Source: an uncultured Gemmatimonadales bacterium (GTDB taxonomy: Bacteria > Gemmatimonadota > Gemmatimonadetes > Gemmatimonadales > Gemmatimonadaceae). Taken from it: 64,000 bases of DNA. Every line of letters begins with the position of its first letter. Position 1 is the stretch's first letter. The position numbers and the translations under genes are program-made. Below are positions 60,057 through 64,000 of this stretch, piece after piece. The notes below the pieces were generated by a model, which was not told where the DNA came from, searched no databases, and saw only the letters and a list, made by a program, of their open reading frames with translations. The stretch is from positions 2,624,001 through 2,688,000 of the forward strand of contig CAWKMU010000003.1 of NCBI GenBank assembly GCA_963850905.1, given 5' to 3'.

Positions 60057-61889
60057 GTGTCGCTTCGGATCAGCGCCCTCGGATGGGGCCTGCTGCCCGC
60101 GTTGCTGGTCGCGTCACTCAGTGGCGCGCAGGAAGCGCCGGCGGGGACCAAGATGTTCGAGACGTCCGACAACACCTGGTACGAAGGCACCCTGACGCGG
60201 TTCCGGGTCGCCCCAGGCGCGGACCGCGCGCTGTTCCGCATGCTGGGGCGAACGCATCTCGTCAACCTGGCGGCCGGTCGCGAGGATTCGGCGGCACTGG
60301 TGGGCAAGCTCGATAAGCTGGATGACGCCACATTCTGCGGCGAAACGCTCGTGCGGCGTGGGCGGCATGGCATCGAGCACGGGTGGTTCTTGAGCGATGG
60401 TGCCGATGGCCCCACCGATGGGCCATCCGCTGGCCTGCCAGACGACGCGGTCCTGACCTGCACGTCGGACGGAAAACAACTCGCTTACTATCGGGCATCC
60501 GCGCCGCGCTCAGGCGTCTTCGTCGGTCCGATCGAAGCGTACCGAACGTACCTGTTCCAGGGCGACGTGACCGGCATCGTGTTCGCGCCGGATGGGCACA
60601 CGCTCTACGCGACGTATATCAATGACGACGGCGTGTCGTCGCTCGCGGCGATCACGCTTGCCTCGGGACAGACCCGTGTCATTGCCGCGGATCTCGACAT
60701 GATGCCCGGTGGCAATGTGATCAGCGTGGCGCCAGACGGGCGGCATCTCTACTTGGCCCTCGCGAGTGCCGGGGCCCCCAACAATGCCGCGCGCCACGTG
60801 CCGCATGCGATGCGCTATCTGCAGATCTATGCGCTCGACTTGGTCTCTGGGGCGCGACAGCGGATCACGTCATCGGACCAGGACAACTACGATCCCAATC
60901 TGGTCGGTCACACGCTGTACTGGGCGCGTGTCCTTCCGCACAAGGCGGTCGCCGTGATCCCGGCGACGGGCGGCGAGGTCCGGGAGGTACTGTCCGGTGC
61001 GGATCTCCCCATGTGGAGTCCAGATGGTCGCCGTATTTCGTACACGTACGATTACGATCGGATGGCGGACGGTGCGCTGCCCATGGATGTCGGCGTGATC
61101 GATGTCGACAACCGTGTGCACCCCACATCGAAGCCGGCACCCTTCGTGACGGGATACCACGAGGACTTCACGGCCGCATGGTCCCCGGACGGGAAGTGGA
61201 TCGCCTTCCATTCGCATCGGCCGCCAACGCCCGTGCCGTTCTATGATAGCCCGGGGCACACGGACGACATCTACCTGCGGGTGGCCGAGGATCGGCGCGC
61301 ACCCGAGATCCGACTGACGGATTTCGGCTGGGAAGTCGGCCCGGCGTACTGGGCGCCCGACGGTCGACGGCTCATGTTCAGCGGGTGGGAGAAAGGTGGC
61401 ACACCCCGGATCGATAAAGTGTGGATTCTCACCATCGATCCCGTGGCCGGTCGGACCGTGCGCGCGGACCGGTTGCCGCTGCCGCCGGGGCTGCGGAGCG
61501 CCAGCTGGGCGATGTGGTCGCCCGACGGGAAGCGCGTGGCGATCGAAGACAATCAGGGCGGAAACAAGCGCACACTGTGGGTGCTCGGTGCCGACGGATC
61601 CGATCCGCGAAAACTGATCGACTATCGCGGTAGCACGTATGGTGCGCTCGACTGGGCACCCAATGGCAAGACCATCGTATACAGTGGGCTCGTAGACGAT
61701 CGACTGCAGCTATTCGCGATTCCGAGTTCGGGCGGCGAGCCGCGACAACTGACCCACGACTCGGAGAACATCCTGCATCCGAAATTTTCTCCTGACGGTC
61801 GGTGGATCGCCTGCTCGCGGCTGGCGAGAGAGCATGTGATGCTCAAGCGCTCGCTTACGCCGCAGGTGATTTCCAGCAGGGGTCGATAG
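60057..61889 (+). CDS. TolB-like PD40/WD40 beta-propeller protein, secreted
   Basis: Signal peptide; repeated WSPDG/WAPDG/FSPDG blades. Confidence 0.85.
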   Translation: MSLRISALGWGLLPALLVASLSGAQEAPAGTKMFETSDNTWYEGTLTRFRVAPGADRALFRMLGRTHLVNLAAGREDSAALVGKLDKLDDATFCGETLVRRGRHGIEHGWFLSDGADGPTDGPSAGLPDDAVLTCTSDGKQLAYYRASAPRSGVFVGPIEAYRTYLFQGDVTGIVFAPDGHTLYATYINDDGVSSLAAITLASGQTRVIAADLDMMPGGNVISVAPDGRHLYLALASAGAPNNAARHVPHAMRYLQIYALDLVSGARQRITSSDQDNYDPNLVGHTLYWARVLPHKAVAVIPATGGEVREVLSGADLPMWSPDGRRISYTYDYDRMADGALPMDVGVIDVDNRVHPTSKPAPFVTGYHEDFTAAWSPDGKWIAFHSHRPPTPVPFYDSPGHTDDIYLRVAEDRRAPEIRLTDFGWEVGPAYWAPDGRRLMFSGWEKGGTPRIDKVWILTIDPVAGRTVRADRLPLPPGLRSASWAMWSPDGKRVAIEDNQGGNKRTLWVLGADGSDPRKLIDYRGSTYGALDWAPNGKTIVYSGLVDDRLQLFAIPSSGGEPRQLTHDSENILHPKFSPDGRWIACSRLAREHVMLKRSLTPQVISSRGR

Positions 61890-62024
61890 CGCGCGCCTGT
61901 TGGCCGGGCCGGTGACGATGACACCTGCGTCCACGATCAACGCGATGACCCGTGCAGCGGCCGAGGCTTTGTTGCTGACATGGCGATATCGGCCTAGTCG
62001 GTAACCACTCATCAAGGAAAGGAC

Positions 62025-62050
62025 GGGGCCCATGGCAATGGGCCCCTTTT
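62025..62050 (+). terminator. Intrinsic terminator
   Basis: GGGGCCCAT-ggca-ATGGGCCCC-TTTT. Confidence 0.7.
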
Positions 62051-62409
62051 GTCTTGCTCTGGCCGACGTGACGACACGCCGCACAGGTGGTACAGGTCCC
62101 GGCCTCGCGCATGGCCGCGCCAAGTCATCGATACGGACGGTTCCGTTCCTAGCGTTGCTGCTCGAGCTCGGAGTGCCTCGGTCGTCGAGGCGTGCTCTTG
62201 GTCTTGTGCGATGCGATCAGCTGCCTCCGCCTCTACGGCGCAAGTAGCGACGCGATGGGTGACCCAGTAGTGATCTTGGTCTATACGCTGCGCAGGCTGC
62301 CTCGCACTGACTGCGGACGACCAAGGTGCAATGGTGAATGTAACAGTGATCGCGCGATCGTAATCATCGAAACGGGCAACAGCCGCATTTAGCTCAGTTG
62401 AGGCCGATC

Positions 62410-63027
62410 ATGATGTATCACACGAATTCCGATAAGTGCCGGCACTCGACGGTGCGGCGTATTCTCACAGTCATTGCTCTTGCCACGGGCCTGAGCGTAC
62501 TGACAACAGCGCGCGCACATGCGCAGCTGTCGGTCGGCCTTGCCGGAGGAGCCACGTTCCCGCTGGGCACGATCTCCAATACCTACGAAACCGGTTACAA
62601 CATCCTCGCTGATCTCACCCTTGGCGAGAAAACCAGCCCGCTGAACATCCGCTTCGACGGAATGTTCAACGACTTGGGAGCCAAGTCCGGCTTCTCGATT
62701 CCCAGTCAACAGATGTGGACGCTCAACGCCAACGCTGTCTTCAACATCGGGGCGGATACGGGCAAGGCTGTCATTCCGTACATTATTGGCGGGGTCGGTT
62801 ACTACAACACGAGCTACAACGTTTCGGCTGTTAACACGGGTTCTGGCGAGACGCTTACGTCGACCGGCAACATTCACCAAAACAGCTTGGGCTTGAACGC
62901 GGGCCTCGGCCTCCATGTGGGCAAGGGCAAGATCTCGGGATTTATCGAGGCGCGGTACCATTACGTCTTCGTGGGAAACCACAACTTCCAGTTCTTGCCG
63001 TTGACTGCCGGCATCTCGTTGTTCTGA
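62410..63027 (+). CDS. Small outer-membrane beta-barrel (OmpA-TM/OmpW-like); start may be GTG 62452
   Basis: Signal peptide ending AHAQ; PYIIGGVGYY, LGLNAGLG, FIEARYH; terminal Phe. Confidence 0.85.
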   Translation: MMYHTNSDKCRHSTVRRILTVIALATGLSVLTTARAHAQLSVGLAGGATFPLGTISNTYETGYNILADLTLGEKTSPLNIRFDGMFNDLGAKSGFSIPSQQMWTLNANAVFNIGADTGKAVIPYIIGGVGYYNTSYNVSAVNTGSGETLTSTGNIHQNSLGLNAGLGLHVGKGKISGFIEARYHYVFVGNHNFQFLPLTAGISLF

Positions 63028-63096
63028 CCTATCCGGACGTCAGCCCCTTTCGCTACTTGGCCGGGTCGGTGCGCGCGCGCATCGATCCGGCCAAGC

Positions 63097-63558
63097 TCAT
63101 TCTTCGAATCGTTTGATCTCGACGCGCCCTCCGTACTTCGTAAAGGGGCAGGTGGCGGCTATTCGCGCCGCGGCGGAGTCGTTCGCGGCCCGCAAGATGA
63201 ACAACCCGCCGATTGGGCCCGGCCCGACGAGGTGGCCGCCACGTTCGAGGTTCCCTGCCGAGTGGAGACTGTCCGCCCAGTGCGCGAGCTCGGCGACGCG
63301 CTCGGCGCCATGTCCCTTGGGCGCTGAGCGATACGTCGAGTCCTGGTAGAGCAGCAGCACATAGGTGTTGCCGTGCGCCAGCGTATGCTTTGGGCGCAAC
63401 ACCGACACGCCGATCGCCAACACGATCACCGCGGCGGCCGCCGCCACCCAGATCGGCCAGGCGCGTCGGCGCCGGACGAGCCCCGCCGCGACCAGCGTGG
63501 ACACGACGCGCTCCTCCAGAGCGGGGTCCGGCTGTCTTTCCCGTGGCAGATCCGTCAT
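63097..63558 (-). CDS. Putative anti-sigma factor: short N-terminus, TM helix, YciI-like domain
   Basis: LEERVVSTL; TM WVAAAAAVIVLAIGV; YVLLLY...IGGLFILRA...AARIAATCPFTKYGGRVEIKR; ATGA overlap with the sigma stop. Confidence 0.7.
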   Translation of the reverse strand: MTDLPRERQPDPALEERVVSTLVAAGLVRRRRAWPIWVAAAAAVIVLAIGVSVLRPKHTLAHGNTYVLLLYQDSTYRSAPKGHGAERVAELAHWADSLHSAGNLERGGHLVGPGPIGGLFILRAANDSAAARIAATCPFTKYGGRVEIKRFEE

Positions 63559-64000
63559 GGCAGCGAGCTCCGGAGCAGGGTCCGCGCACGGGTGAGCTGG
63601 CTCTTCGACGTGCCCTCGACGATGCCCAGCATCTCGGCGATCTCTCGATGGGTGTAGCCATAGACGTCGTGCAGGACCAAGACGTCGCGGGCGCCCTCGG
63701 GCAGCGCGCCGATCGCGCGCTCCAAATCGAGCGCGTCATCGAGGCCATTGGTGGCCGCGGGCGGCTCGAATGTCCGGTGCATCGACCGTGCGCCAATCGG
63801 CCCGGATGCGCTCCCGTCGGACATTCACCAGGAGCCCACACAACCACGAGCGCAGCGCCGACCGCCCGCGGAACGATGACAACGCGCGCACGGCCCGGAC
63901 CCAGCTCTCCTGCACCAGGTCCTCCGCTTCGCCTTGATCGCCGCCCGTGAGGCGCAAGGCCAGCGCATAGAGCGCCGGTGTGTGCGCCCGATACAGCGCG
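63555..64000 (-). CDS. ECF sigma factor (5' end beyond window); frameshift ~63770
   Basis: AEDLVQESWVRA, FRGRSALRSWL (region 2); LPEGARDVLVLHDVYGYTHREIAEMLGIVEGTSKSQLTRAR (region 4). Confidence 0.92.

Overview
High-GC bacterial chromosome segment. Gene content, order and protein features suggest Gemmatimonadota (inference). The centre (9-53 kb) is core housekeeping: aroA-cmk-rpsA, an acyl-CoA carboxylase cluster, rplM-rpsI-rpsB-tsf-pyrH-frr-uppS-cdsA-dxr-rseP, rpsO-pnp, ald, mreBCD-mrdA-rodA, accD-folC-hisS-proS-lysA-guaA, and dusB-larB-GGDEF. It is followed by tmRNA, an MCP and initiator tRNA-Met. Both ends hold accessory, mostly exported proteins. More than 20 genes, many essential, are broken by what read as single-base insertions, most likely long-read consensus error, so gene spans are given as reconstructed. 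I saw no CRISPR, transposase, integrase, prophage or RT. The most unusual signals are: (1) a family of intergenic elements made of tandem 7-bp units whose unit sequence differs between loci but which mostly share a GAAC-type anchor and an inverted-arm layout, partly nested with GTAG-type REPs; (2) a 957-aa protein joining the N-terminus of a TonB-dependent transducer (STN + carboxypeptidase-like) to TolA/TonB C-terminal-like domains, with no barrel, next to a TolB-like propeller; (3) a signal-peptide-bearing Hcp-like orphan with a repeated upstream motif; (4) a one-piece tmRNA with a GGCAGUA T-loop; (5) a short ECF sigma paired with a membrane-anchored YciI-like protein. All assignments were made by eye, without database searches.
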